Below are positions 10,100 to 23,383 of a stretch of 64,000 nucleotides of DNA, in pieces. The position numbers were made by a program, and so were the translations under genes. Origin of the DNA: Candidatus Marinacidobacterales bacterium (lineage in GTDB: Bacteria; Acidobacteriota; Vicinamibacteria; Marinacidobacterales; DATDRI01); contig CBDCNP010000002.1 in assembly GCA_965219415.1 (NCBI GenBank), positions 1,824,001-1,888,000 on the forward strand. Reading direction: 5' to 3'. The notes below the pieces were generated by a model. The model was not told the DNA's origin. It saw nothing but the letters and a program-made list of their open reading frames with translations, and made no database searches. How positions within the stretch are numbered: position 1 is the first letter of the stretch; the number at the start of each line of letters is the position of its first letter.

Positions 10100-11633
10100 C
10101 GACTTACCTCGTGTGCCTGCTCATCCACGAGTCGGTCGTAGTGACCCACGTGAGGTAGAGGACGTTCGTAGCGCGCCAGCTCACCGAGTTGAGATTGGAC
10201 TAGCTCTGACGATGCCGCGCGCGAAAGCGATGGAGACTCGACAAGGTGCCGAATCGCGTCTGCATCGATACAGCCGATCTCAAGCGCCACACGCAACGTA
10301 TCTCTTAGCTGGTCGTAACCGTGTCGGCGTCCAAGCTGCACGAGTTCGATCATCTGACGCGTGCCTTCTTGCTTGCCCGTGACGACGATTCAATCGCTTC
10401 CACACTTCATCGTAGCTCGCTGGCCACCGTCCTTGCTCGCGCCACTGCGCCAGAGGCGTCGACCCGGCTAAGGCTCCGGGTTTGCGCTCGAGGACGTCCA
10501 AGTAGTGTTCAAGATCTAGTACTTGTTTCATGCGGTCGTAGCAGCGTTCGTGACGCGCCACCCGGCGTCCCTCGTGCCAGACCTCAACTTCAAGCGGCAT
10601 CAGCTTGGCCACCGCACGTTGGCCGCGCTTGAGCGGCGTCGAGTACCAGTTCGTGCCCGCACGGACGCAACCCTTCTTATCCACCAGACCGATTCGTCTT
10701 TCTTCGAGCTCGAAACCCTGCGTCGCCAGTGGCAACAGGTGCTCGCGTTCGTACTCCATCCCAACACCAACCGTATGTGCTTTGCCGGAGATGTGACGTT
10801 TCTCCTCCTTGCGGCAACACGTCAGCAGGTAGTCGTTCAGCTCTTCCCAATCCGTGAACTCAGGGACCGGCGTCCAGTGATTGCGGCGGAAGTAGCCGAC
10901 CTCGCTTTCCACACCGCCTTTCTCGTTTCCACGGCTCGGATTGCAAAATTCCGACTCAAAACTCCAATGCGAGCGAAACATGATGAACCGTTCTGTTTGC
11001 TCACGTTGGTGACCCCGAAGGATCTTCCTCACCGCCAGCGATAGGTTGTCGTAACGCAGCCGGTGGAACACCCCGCCGAAAAACTCGAACGCCTTCTCGT
11101 GCGCTTCGAAAAACGCTTGCTGCGTCGGACGCGGATACCCTCGATGCAACGCCCCTCCGCTTGCCATGCTCCGAACCACCAGCACGTAGACCTTCTGCTC
11201 TCGCCCTCCGATCCGTGAGTGAGCCTCGTACCAGTCCACTTGGCCTTCACCGCCCCACTCGTAACTCTGGGGCACGAACACTTCGGCGTCCTTCAACCCC
11301 AGCTCTCGCCTCCGACGACCTACGTAGCGACGTATCGTTGGTTCCGCTATCTCATGTCCCGGATACTCCTCAATCACACGACTCCAGATTCGATGAGCCG
11401 TGTGACGCTGTTTGCGCGGGGCTCGCTTGTCTCCTTCCAGAATCCCGTCGATGAACTCGACCACTGGACCCAGTTTCGGTGACGCCCGTTCTGGACATTT
11501 ACGCTCCCGTGGCACAGCCTTCTCCAGGGCCTGTCGCAACCATTCGTCGGTGAACACCGTACTTCGTTGCAACTCCTTGAATCGTTCCAACTCCGCGTTC
11601 GTACTCTCGCCTCATCTGCTCGAACAGTCGCAC
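10096..11633 (-). pseudogene. istA: IS21 transposase IstA with two apparent frameshifts
   Basis: [11 protein letters not shown]..., [32 protein letters not shown]; frame breaks near 11540 and 10380. Confidence 0.88.
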
Positions 11634-11820
11634 TTTGGCACCCCTTTCCAACCGACACCTCCTTCCCGGGACTTCGCCCCGGGAAGACTAACGGTTCGAT
11701 ACGGGTGGGCCAAATCAGACGATCAATATGGGCCAAAACAGAGTAGCAAACACACGGCCATCCTGTGGTTCGAACAGGTGCTCGCCCGCACATGAACATC
11801 ATCTATAAAGAAGAGACCGT

Positions 11821-12901
<1,081 letters not shown>

Positions 12902-13067
12902 GGTGCTTCCGCCATTAAGTGTTGGTGAGATGACGCTAATACCTTACGCTGCATTAACTTACAGTCAAAATAGCGCTCGCAACCTTCGCTGCGCGGTAAA
13001 TGGAGCGTAAGCGCCTCTTTTGCAAAGGAATGCGTACACATCACCAACAGTAAATAGCGCAAGCACC
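12902..13067 (+). mobile_element. MITE-B
   Basis: GGTGCTTCCGCCATTAAGTGTTG...GCGCAAGCACC. Confidence 0.9.
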
Positions 13068-13377
13068 CCTCCCGCACCAACAATCGTTCCAACCCAGCCT
13101 TGACTCAAAAAGCGGATAAATTCCTGCATGCCAAGTTCCTATCTATCCGAAAAGCGGTGCGGCTCAGACGATTTCCGAACGCGGTTTCCGTCCATCCTCG
13201 TCGTGGCTATTCATTTGGTGCTCCTGCCATCGAGTGTTGCTACACCGCTAAAGGCATTTGAAGGTTAGTGTCAGTTGGCCTGGGGGTATTGTCAATACGG
13301 ATCTGGGATGGCTGGCTATACCTGGCCGTCATCATCTACCTGTTCTCGCGTCGTACCATTGGCTGGTCGATGCAACC

Positions 13378-13506
13378 CGTCGTGTCCAAAAACACAAAGG
13401 CGTTGCCAAGCCCTTGATGGTTGCGCTCTCCACGATAATGATAGATGAACCCGGCGACGGCCCGGCGCACGGGTCTTAGAGTTCGTTTGTATTTTTTGAC
13501 ACGACG
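13378..13506. mobile_element. 129-bp two-ended mini-element (family-D ends) enclosing a transposase sliver
   Basis: CGTCGTGTCCAAAAACACAAA ... TTTGTATTTTTTGACACGACG; the inside encodes HYRGERNHQGLGNA on the minus strand. Confidence 0.75.
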
Positions 13507-13520
13507 ACGACGCTGGGATC

Positions 13521-14438
13521 TCAATACGAAAGCTTGCGGTAGACCTTACCCATCGTTTGGCCGATAGGATGGAGTGTCGGCTCAAGCGCGGAGCCGCGCC
13601 GCCACACCAGTGCGATGGTCCGCTTGGGAGGATCTCCGGCGAAGCGACGGATGCGGAGCGTCCCTCGGCGGTTCTCTACATCAATCGCGAGGGATGGGAG
13701 AAGGGTTCCGCCAGCGCCGCTCGCCGCCATTTGCGCAAGGGTGGACAGGCTGGTGGCGCGCACCGCCATCTCGTCCGCACCGGCCTTCGAGCAAAACGAG
13801 AGCGCTTGATCGCGGAAGCAGTGACCGTCGTCCAGAAGCAGGAGCGCGTGGCCGTCGAGGTCGTGTCCGCGGATGCGTCGCTTACCGCGAGCGAGTGGGT
13901 GGTCCGGTGGCGCCGCGAACACGAACGGATCGTCGCCGAGCACGACGCGCTCCACGGAACCGATATCCGCTTCCAGCGCCAAGATCGCGCCTTCAATCTT
14001 GCCGTCCCGCAGTCGCGCCATCAACGTCTCGGTCTTGTCCTCGATCCACAGCAGAGTGAGCTTCGGGTACGCGGCACGGAGGCGAGGCACCAGATCCGGC
14101 AACAGGTACGGACCGATGGTGGGGATGACGCCGAGCCGAAGTGTGCCCAAGAACGGGTCGGCCAGCCGCGTAGCGCTGTCAACAAGCTCCTCCATCGATC
14201 TCAGGAGCGTGCGCGCGCGCGCGACGATATCGGTGCCGGCGGGAGTCACGAGCACGTGGCGTCGGTCGCGCTCGAAGACGCGGACCCCGAGGGCGCCCTC
14301 CACCTGTGCGATCTGCACCGAGAGCGAAGGCTGAGAAACGTGGCACTCGGTCGCAGCTCTCCGAAAATTCCTTCGCTCCGCCACCGCGACGATGTATTGG
14401 AGCTGGCGCACGGTGACAGGATGAGGGCTCAGTATCAT
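13521..14438 (-). CDS. oxyR: OxyR-like LysR hydrogen-peroxide sensor
   Basis: LysR HTH (RQLQYIVAVA..NFRRAA..CHVSQPSLS), GVIPTIGPYLLP, DGHCFRDQALSFC with both redox Cys; divergent from dps. Confidence 0.85.
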   Translation of the reverse strand: MILSPHPVTVRQLQYIVAVAERRNFRRAATECHVSQPSLSVQIAQVEGALGVRVFERDRRHVLVTPAGTDIVARARTLLRSMEELVDSATRLADPFLGTLRLGVIPTIGPYLLPDLVPRLRAAYPKLTLLWIEDKTETLMARLRDGKIEGAILALEADIGSVERVVLGDDPFVFAAPPDHPLARGKRRIRGHDLDGHALLLLDDGHCFRDQALSFCSKAGADEMAVRATSLSTLAQMAASGAGGTLLPSLAIDVENRRGTLRIRRFAGDPPKRTIALVWRRGSALEPTLHPIGQTMGKVYRKLSY

Positions 14439-14457
14439 GATAGATATACACTATCAT
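14437..14457. promoter_or_regulatory. OxyR-type operator (ATAG-N7-CTAT) in the oxyR/dps intergenic region
   Basis: ATGATAGatatacaCTATCAT palindrome; ATAG at 14440-14443, CTAT at 14451-14454. Confidence 0.7.
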
Positions 14458-14540
14458 AATAATATGAAAGATATCTTGGACGAATCAGCGGATTACTGGC
14501 ATCCTTGGGTCAGGAAAACGACGAAAGGAGACACCAAGAG

Positions 14541-15020
14541 ATGATGTACCCAAGCCCGAGCATGCTATCCGAACAAGTACGCCGCCGTGTCATCGAGAGC
14601 CTGAACGCACGGCTCGCGGACGGACTCGATCTGCACAGCCACATCAAAGTCGCGCACTGGAACATCCGGGGACCTCAGTTCCCGTCGCTCCATCCCCTGT
14701 TCGAGACGTTCGCGGTCAGCCTCGCCAACCACAACGATGCCGTTGCCGAGCGCGCGGTCACTCTCGGCGGCCAAGCGTACGGAACCGCCCGGCACGTCGC
14801 CGGAGCGTCGGCACTGACCGAATACCCTCAAGACACGACCCGCGATATGGAGCACGTGAAGTTGCTGGCGGATCGGATCGAAGCCTACTTGATCGGTCTA
14901 CGCGAATCGCGCGAAATCGCCAACGACACAGGCGATACCGATACCGCCGATTTGTTGACCGCCATCATCACCGAGTTCGAGAAGCACGACTGGTTCTTGC
15001 GGGCCTCGTTGGACGGCTAG
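14541..15020 (+). CDS. dps: Dps DNA-protection ferritin-like protein
   Basis: AHWNIRGPQFPSLHPLFE, DAVAERAVTLGG, GDTDTADLL, EKHDWFL; AAAGGAG RBS. Confidence 0.93.
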   Translation: MMYPSPSMLSEQVRRRVIESLNARLADGLDLHSHIKVAHWNIRGPQFPSLHPLFETFAVSLANHNDAVAERAVTLGGQAYGTARHVAGASALTEYPQDTTRDMEHVKLLADRIEAYLIGLRESREIANDTGDTDTADLLTAIITEFEKHDWFLRASLDG

Positions 15021-15032
15021 CTAGATCGTCCC

Positions 15033-15262
15033 CGTCGTGTCCGAAAATGCGAACGGAGCCGAAAGCTCGAATCCTAGAGGCGTTGTCAAATTCGCGGAGA
15101 CCAGCCGACGCGGCACGGGCTCTGCGATAGGCGACCCCGAGCAGAGCTCTCCTTCAGACCATTCGTTCCGTTCAGCGGGCGCGCCCGAACCCGTCGTGTC
15201 CAATAATACAAACGAACTCAACACCGACTAGCTGGCCCACAACACTTGATGGCGGAAGCACC
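15033..15262. mobile_element. Stack of element ends: family F (15033), family D (15192), IS1-like (to 15262)
   Basis: CGTCGTGTCCGAAAATGCG; CGTCGTGTCCAATAATACAAACGAACTC; CAACACTTGATGGCGGAAGCACC. Confidence 0.8.
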
Positions 15263-15401
15263 CACAACCGGTTAATGGTGCTACCATGGACCACCTCAGA
15301 CCTCCTGACGACTGAGAAGAGTTTCCGCGAGATTTAGAGATATCGTAACCTCTGTATGTCGAAGATGAAGCTTACGACGATAATGTGAAAGAGTTCACTG
15401 G

Positions 15402-15869
15402 ATGAAGCTGCGGATTGACTGGGCTCGCCCGATCCAGCTCAGGAGGCCAGAGGGGATATCACGTATCTACGACCTTGACCTTAGCAAGGTCTGCGATGCA
15501 GCAGGGATCTACATCTTTGGAAGGCGGTGGGGCCGGCACTTCGAAGCGTTGTATGTGGGCAGGGCGAGCAACGTCCGCGGACGCGTCAAGGGGCATCTCA
15601 ACAACCTGCGTTTAATGCGGCATCTTCACAACGCCAAGACTGGAAAGCGGGTTCTGTTAGCCGGCAGACTTGTGACAAAGCGCGGCCAACAACTATCCAA
15701 GTGCTTGGCCTTGGCCGAGCGGGCTCTCATCCGGCATTTCTTGTTGGAAAGGCGACGACTTAGTCAACAAGCAAGGTACCAAACCTCGCAGGCATCAACT
15801 AGAGTTCTCGGGTCGGTATCCAAAACGATTCTTCCCGGAAGTGATTTACCTGGAGAAAACAAAAAATGA
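15402..15869 (+). CDS. GIY-YIG nuclease-like protein, probable frameshift near 15750
   Basis: AGIYIF...LYVGRASNVRGRVKGH...AERALI; another frame continues GDDLVNKQG. Confidence 0.65.
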   Translation: MKLRIDWARPIQLRRPEGISRIYDLDLSKVCDAAGIYIFGRRWGRHFEALYVGRASNVRGRVKGHLNNLRLMRHLHNAKTGKRVLLAGRLVTKRGQQLSKCLALAERALIRHFLLERRRLSQQARYQTSQASTRVLGSVSKTILPGSDLPGENKK

Positions 15870-16188
15870 ATAGCAGATCAACGCGGCGACGTGGCTTCTC
15901 CCCACAATTGGCCGCAAATGAGCCAGGATTCGCGCGCGAGTTCAGAAAGGTTCCAGACCCTTCAGACCGATAGGCCCAAGCTGCCGGCGAGGAGCACAGC
16001 GACGGCGGGCGCTGCGTAGTACGAGACGCGGATCAGGCCCGTGGAGGCCCGGCAGGACGACGCAGACATAGCGACTACAGCGACTTACGCCACCGCGGGC
16101 CGGCATCCTGTCCCTTCCATAAACTCGAGCTGTATGAGATTGGCGAACTGGGCGTTCGAGTATTTGGACCAGACGCGAGAGAAAGAGG

Positions 16189-16872
16189 TCAAGATTCTAT
16201 CTGAATATTGGCGTTGCTCGGGTTACAGCATTCCGAGTCCCGCACACAGCGACAACCGCCGACCGCTAGGAGAGCGCCGAGCACCGGAGCCGTGAGATAG
16301 ATCCAGAGAGCTTGGACGTGTCCACTCACCAGCGCGGGTCCGAGGGAGCGCGCCGGATTCATCGACGCACCCGAGACGGGTCCCCCGAAGAGAGACCCTA
16401 GGGCGACGGCTCCACCTACGGCGACTCCTGCCAATAGGCCCTTCTCTTTTTCGCCGGTGGAAACGCCGAGAATCACGAACATCAGAATGGATGTGAGGAG
16501 CACCTCAAGAACGAAAGACTGCGAAGCCCGACCAGCGGGAATTGTCGCGCCGAAGGTCTGGCTCTCCAGAAACAACGCACGAACGATGAGGCTGGCAGCG
16601 AGGGCACCTGCGGACTGACTAACGACGTAGGGCGCAACCTCACGGCGCGACATTCGCCCCGAGGCCCAGAACCCTAGTGTCACGGCGGGGTTCAAATGCG
16701 CACCGGAAACGTCCCCCACCGAATAGATCATTGCCATGACCACCAGACCGAACGTGAGGGCCACGCCTACGTGGGAAATAACTCCCCCGTTGAGCTCGTT
16801 AATAACGATGGCGGCAGTGCCAGCGAACACGAGCGCAAAGGTACCAATGGATTCAGCCAGATAGCGTTTCAT
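16189..16872 (-). CDS. MIP-family channel (aquaporin/aquaglyceroporin)
   Basis: SGAHLNPAVT and SGASMNPARSLGPA (two NPA motifs); Cys-rich C-terminal tail. Confidence 0.93.
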   Translation of the reverse strand: MKRYLAESIGTFALVFAGTAAIVINELNGGVISHVGVALTFGLVVMAMIYSVGDVSGAHLNPAVTLGFWASGRMSRREVAPYVVSQSAGALAASLIVRALFLESQTFGATIPAGRASQSFVLEVLLTSILMFVILGVSTGEKEKGLLAGVAVGGAVALGSLFGGPVSGASMNPARSLGPALVSGHVQALWIYLTAPVLGALLAVGGCRCVRDSECCNPSNANIQIES

Positions 16873-16929
16873 GGGGGCCCGATTATAACGGCTAGGCGGA
16901 AGTCGCTACGGTGAGTCGCTCGAGATGAT

Positions 16930-17303
16930 CCGCGGTATCCCCATGTCGGGTTCTCCCGCGCCATGCGTACCATGAGCTCACGGATGTCCTTCGCCGTTGG
17001 AGGTCGGCCTGGACTCCGGTTCTTGCTGCCATCGTACTTGGCTGCGATGAGGTAGCGGTACCAGCGCAGAAGCGTAGCGGGTGTGGCAACCGACGCAATC
17101 TGGGCCAGCGCCTCGCGGCCTAAAACCTGGGCCTTGACGGCGAGCCTACGCCGGTCGTCGTCAGAGAGCTTGAGACGCTTGCCCCGAAGCCCGGCTCGGA
17201 GCACACGGTTCTCCTCTTGCAGGTAGTCAATCACATCCTGCTGCTGGCGGTTGACCCAGCCAGCCACAACGAGCAGTAGGAATTGCGCGTGGTACGTCAT
17301 CAT
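16930..17303 (-). pseudogene. rve/IS481-like transposase N-terminal fragment
   Basis: AGWVNRQQQDVIDYLQEENRVL...ATPATLLRWYR.LIAAKYD...MARENPTWGY. Confidence 0.85.
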
Positions 17304-17401
17304 GGGTCTGAAGATAACACCCTCGGGCCAGACGATTGTAAAGCCCACGGCCCTTGACCCGGTCGCAAACACAGACACTAAGCTGCTGATTTATGGTCTA
17401 T

Positions 17402-18716
<1,315 letters not shown>

Positions 18717-19118
18717 AAGGGTAGTCGTCACGCCATTCGGTCAAGAGTCCATCGGGTGCGGCCCCGGTGAAAAGCCGTGCGGTGCGTTTGGTGCGCCATC
18801 GCGAGGTTAGCCGGACCGTCTTGTAACGGTTGCTCGCCACGGACCCGGATGTGTGCTGTCTTGCCTTATTGGGGCATGCTGGCTTTCTCGACCCGACGCT
18901 CCGAATGCGAGCGATGAACTCGGGGATTTCGATAGTCGCATGTCCTTGGTCGCCGTGCTGACTCTCGGCGCCGAAAACGCCTGGGCGTCGTGTCCAAAAA
19001 CACAAACGAACTCAAGACCGGCGCGCCGGGATGTTTCGGATTAACGGCCTCGGCGCACCGCCGTGGGATGAGTTCGCCAAGCCGGCCCGCGTGGCCGCCG
19101 AGATCTCCCTCCACCGCC

Positions 19119-19212
19119 CGTGCTCCGCAAAAAGTTGATCCAGCGTTGATTGCGCGTTTTAGACTTGCTATGGTCGGCTACTTCTAGCTGGTCTTCCTTT
19201 TTGCGGATCACA
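19119..19212 (+). mobile_element. MITE-C (94 bp)
   Basis: CGTGCTCCGCAAAAAG...CTTTTTGCGGATCACA. Confidence 0.85.
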
Positions 19213-20043
19213 GCCGATTCACTCGAGGCCGAGCCGACCGCGAAACAACAAGCGCCCACACCAGCAACCAGAGCGCTACCGCCCCGGCGCTGATGCCGAG
19301 AACCAACACCGGATTGTAGGCGAGCGCCAGAGGAATGGCGGCGCTGGTCCACAGCCCGCCGCCCATGAACGGCTCGTGCATGAGCTGCTTGTAACCGAAG
19401 GCCGAGGTGGCGTCCGTATCGCCCTCGGGGTCGACAACGCGCAACAGCAAGAGGCCGGTGGCGGTGACGCCCATCGATTGCCCCATCTCGGCGATCGAGC
19501 GCTCGAACCACGAATCCGCTGGCAAGAGGCGACGCGCCAGCCACACCACGCAGAAGACATTCCACAGCACTCCGGCGGCGACCAGGATCGCCAAGGGCAC
19601 GAGCCCCCCCAGCACCACCTTCACATTGATGGTCGAGATCGCAGCCACCACCAGGAAATCCATGGCGGTGCCCGAGAGGCGCTGCATGAGGCGATGGTCG
19701 AGCGGATTGCGCTTGGTGAAGTTGGCGAAAAAGACCTGCACCACCAGACCACCGATCATGCACAGCGGAAAGAGCGGGAAACTGTTGAAAAAGGCGCGAC
19801 CGTCGGCGCTCGGAGGCCGCACCAGGAGCTCAACGCGCACCAAGCCGCTGTGGATCAGATAGCCAATGAAGACACCGAGACCGATGATGGCGAGATGGAA
19901 GCTGAGGCTGTCGATTGACGCCGCCGACACGGTCTGGCTCCCGGCACTCGGCCGTTCGGCTGGGTCGTAGACGCCTACGATACTGCTCTCAGGCATGTCC
20001 TCAATGCGCTTCAGTTGCTGGGTGTAGCCCCGGCGCGCCGCCC
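19208..20043 (-). pseudogene. Sodium/glutamate symporter (GltS-like), C-terminal half
   Basis: SIDSLSFH, FPLFPLCMIGG, WFERSIAEMGQSMGVTATGLLLLRVVDP; 5' part removed at IS1-like element; stop codon supplied by MITE-C. Confidence 0.85.
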
Positions 20044-21244
20044 GGTGCTTCCGCAATTAAGTGTTGGCGGCCAGCCTCTAACCGGTCTGCGTGCTAGAGT
20101 TTGAACCAGAATTCCGAAGACACAGTTCTCTCATCGTCAGGGCCGAGCCAAAGTGAAGAATCGCAGATGTCTCAATCTCGCATGTCCGTTGCGGGGCAAA
20201 GTCAGTTCCGGAAACATCGTTCGCCACGGATTCTACCGAACCAGGTCCGGGAAACGCCGTCGATACCGGTGCGGCGAGTGCGGAAAGACGTTCTCCTCGA
20301 CGAAAGGCACGCCCTACTACCGTCTCCAACATCGAAGAGCTACTTTCGATGTGGTCATCGCTCTCAGAGTCGAGGGTGTCAGCATTTCCTCGATTTCCCG
20401 GGTCGAAGGGATTGCCTGGAACACCGTCGCCCGCTGGCTCGAGAAGGCAGTCCAAGTGTGTCGTCGATTCAATCACAGAAGGATCGCTGGCTTCGCTGCC
20501 GAAGAGCTTCAAGCCGACGAGATTCGCACGTTCGCGGGCAACAAGAAGACACCGAGTGGGGTCTTCGTTACAATCGAGGTCTGGTCTCGGCTCTGGCCAT
20601 CGACGGTGACGGGAAGGCGAAGCTACCGGAACACTCACGCTCTGTTTCGCGACCTTTCGAGACGGATGAATTTCGAGCGTCTTCCCTTGATCGTCACGGA
20701 TGGATTCGAATTCTACCAGAAGGTCATCCGTCGCTTCTTCGGGCCAGCGTGTCTTTATGGCCAGGTCCTCAAGACGCGCAGGAACGATCGCATCATCAAG
20801 GTCGAACGGAGAGTGCTGCACGGAGCCGCGTGGCGATTCGAAGACGCGCTCAATAACTCCGAGGACTCTTCGACATTGAACACGTCGTTCATCGAGCGGT
20901 TGAATCTGACCATCCGGCAAAGCTCGGCATACCTTTCGAGACGAACGCTTTCCCACGCTCGCTCGACGGAGAGGCTCGATGAGCACCTGGAGTTGCTCCG
21001 TTGCTATTACAACTTCGTCCGACCGCACCGGAGCTCTGAAGTTCGGACGTGAGATCCGAACTCCGGCTATGCAGGCTGGTCTGACGACGCGACGGCTCAC
21101 CTTTCGAGACATCTTCTTGGCGACGACGATTCCTTTGTGGTCGCGGATCGAGGTTTTCGTGCTCAGTAGGGCGCGCAACCCGCTCTCTTCCGCACCTGTA
21201 CCACTGCCCGCAGCCGCGTAGCAACACTTGACGGCGGAAGCACC
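20044..21244 (+). mobile_element. IS1-like insertion sequence (zinc finger-HTH-DDE transposase from 20153, frameshift near 21030)
   Basis: 23-bp TIRs GGTGCTTCCGC(A/C)(A/G)T(T/C)AAGTGTTG; CLNLACP...RYRCGECGKTFS, QADE, TDG, NTSFIERLNLTIRQ, YYNFVRPH; no target duplication. Confidence 0.85.
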
Positions 21245-21267
21245 GATTAGAGGTGTCTAGGCTTGGT

Positions 21268-21415
21268 TGTGCCTTCTATTTATTCATCCGCCAGCCCCAT
21301 GGGTCGGAAGTCAGCCCTGCGGCGCGAAATACCCTGGATTCTGCGCGGATTCCAAGGGCGTCTAAGCTGCTGATTTGTGGTCTATTTCTAAAGGGCCGAG
21401 TTTTGGCACAGGACG
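21268..21415 (+). mobile_element. MITE-A
   Basis: Full copy with the same extra-C variant (CAGCCCCATGGG) as 4297-5706. Confidence 0.9.
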
Positions 21416-21528
21416 AGGAAGAACTCCTCGGTTCCCTTCCCGGCGCGCCGTGCGAAAACCACGCCGATACCAATTGCGAAGAGGAGATACGCAACGACAA
21501 TGCTCCAATCTAGTGCAGAAAGCGCCAT
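21416..21528 (-). pseudogene. Sodium:solute symporter (SSS) N-terminal stub cut by MITE-A
   Basis: MALSALDWSIVVAYLLFAIGIGVVFARRAGKGTEEFFL, then MITE-derived VLCQNSAL*. Confidence 0.8.
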
Positions 21529-21654
21529 GGCTGGCTGGATTCTACAACGAGTTCTCGGCCAAGCGTCAGGATTCACGCTTGGCAACGTCCCCATAAATAG
21601 TGTACTAAAAGTCGAAATGTTGACCGATTATGCGTTCACGAAAGGAATCGCAGT

Positions 21655-23349
21655 ATGTCCAAACGAAGCCTTCGGACTATAGCGGGCGTTTTTCTCACCT
21701 GCCTTACGTGTCTTTGTTCCTCTGCGGCGCACGGCTCCCCGACAAGCAGTGAATACGACGATTTGGTGGCGCTATTTAACGACTTTCGTGAATTTCAAGA
21801 GCCGATAATCACCAACGGCGTGCCCGACTACACTGGCGCCGCCATCAAACAAAAGTACGCCGGCCTAAGGGGGTATCAAGAACGCCTCGCCGCGATGACG
21901 ATAGATGATTGGCCGGTCTGGCAAAAAGTCGACTATCACCTGGTTCGCGCCGAGATGAATGCCGTGGAATTCCATTACCGAGTACTCAAACCCTGGGCAC
22001 GTGACCCTGGTTTCTACTCGATACGGCAGGGAGACGCTGGGCCGTCAATGAACGTGGAGAGGTTCTTGTCCCCCCTTTTTGACATGGAGCTTCCTCTGTC
22101 AAGTGAGGATGAAGCGAGAGCCGAAGCAATACTAGAAGCCATCCCGAACATCTACAAACAGGCAAGAGGCAATCTGACCGAAGCCGCAGGTGACTTCGCC
22201 GAGCTGGCTATACGGGACAATGTGAGAGAAACCCGAACCTTCGATCGAATCGCCGAACGGTCACAGGAACACCATCCGGCTCTGGCTGCCAGTGCAAAAC
22301 GCGCCGGAGACGCCATACGCGATTACGTTGAGTGGCTGAAACAAAATAAACACAAGATGACGGCACCCGCCGGGATCGGCAAGGAGAATTACAGTTGGTG
22401 GATGAGAAATGTGCAGCTGTCACCCTGGGGCTGGGAAGAAAGCAATGCGATTATCCAAAGAGAATACGATCGCATCATCGTTTTTCTGAAACTGGAGGAG
22501 CAAAGAAATCGCCAGCTACCTCCACTCGAGGTAACCATGTCCGCAAAGGAATGGGAGGAGAGCCTACGCCAAGCCCTCCACTATGTCGTTGAATTCCTGC
22601 GCGACGAAGAGATCATGACTGTTCCCGATTGGGTCAACCCGAGAGATTACTACGCCCGCCGTCAGGGCGATGACCTCCCTGACCTCGACGACCTAGATGA
22701 CTCTCCGAGTGAAGAATTCTTGCCTGAAAACACCACCATCGACACTAAAGTACGTCAGCGTGAGATATTGCCCGGCGAAACCCATGAATACATAGGTCAC
22801 ATGCTCGATGGGCAAAGACGAAGACGCCTGACCAAAAGCCCCATCCGTAGTGCAAGGCGGCGTTACAACATGGGCTCTTTGCGTCTGGAAGGCTGGGCCG
22901 TCGCACTCGAGGAATTGTTGATGCAGGCCGGCGTACTCGACGAGCGGCCACGCAGGGGCAGAGAAATGGAATACCTGATGAATGCTTCCCATATGAGCCT
23001 GGCAATACCAGACATGAAAATGCACGCCAATGAAATCAATCTGGCTGAAGCAAGACGCCTTTGTGCAGAGATTATGCCGCGCGGCTGGTCACAAGAAGAC
23101 GAAGGTATGGTCTGGTTTGAGATGAAATCCAACGTGCGTAATCCAGGCGGCTTTCATAGCAATGTAGTCACGGGTAAAGCCTATTTCATGAAGATGTTCA
23201 GAGAACGCGCGCAGGAATTGGGTGACAAATTCGTGCTCAGGGACTTCATCGATGAGTTTCTGTCTGCCGGCATCATCCCGATGTCATTGATTAGATGGGA
23301 AATGACCGGTAATAGTGACGACATCATACTGGTGACAGAGGATCTATAG
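21655..23349 (+). CDS. Secreted DUF885-like protein
   Basis: Signal peptide; PW.RDPGFY, HEYIGH, EGWAVALEE, FVLRDFIDEFLSAG.IP. Confidence 0.7.
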   Translation: MSKRSLRTIAGVFLTCLTCLCSSAAHGSPTSSEYDDLVALFNDFREFQEPIITNGVPDYTGAAIKQKYAGLRGYQERLAAMTIDDWPVWQKVDYHLVRAEMNAVEFHYRVLKPWARDPGFYSIRQGDAGPSMNVERFLSPLFDMELPLSSEDEARAEAILEAIPNIYKQARGNLTEAAGDFAELAIRDNVRETRTFDRIAERSQEHHPALAASAKRAGDAIRDYVEWLKQNKHKMTAPAGIGKENYSWWMRNVQLSPWGWEESNAIIQREYDRIIVFLKLEEQRNRQLPPLEVTMSAKEWEESLRQALHYVVEFLRDEEIMTVPDWVNPRDYYARRQGDDLPDLDDLDDSPSEEFLPENTTIDTKVRQREILPGETHEYIGHMLDGQRRRRLTKSPIRSARRRYNMGSLRLEGWAVALEELLMQAGVLDERPRRGREMEYLMNASHMSLAIPDMKMHANEINLAEARRLCAEIMPRGWSQEDEGMVWFEMKSNVRNPGGFHSNVVTGKAYFMKMFRERAQELGDKFVLRDFIDEFLSAGIIPMSLIRWEMTGNSDDIILVTEDL

Positions 23350-23383
23350 GGGAACTCCCGGGGCTGCCAAGAAGGCACATCGC

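Larger units (their letters stand above)
9169..11754 (-). mobile_element. IS21-family element, 6-bp target duplication CGGCCA
   Basis: Ends TGTTTTTGTCCACCCGGTCTGGCCCAC / TGTGTTTGCTACTCTGTTTTGGCCCAT with repeated TGGCCCA boxes; CGGCCA at 9163-9168 and 11755-11760. Confidence 0.92.

Noticed and set aside
20078-21178. Long antisense or overlapping ORFs (also 2537-3382, 13557-14459, 28392-29399, 35140-35961)
   Set aside because: Shadow frames of recognisable GC-rich genes, with no motifs of their own
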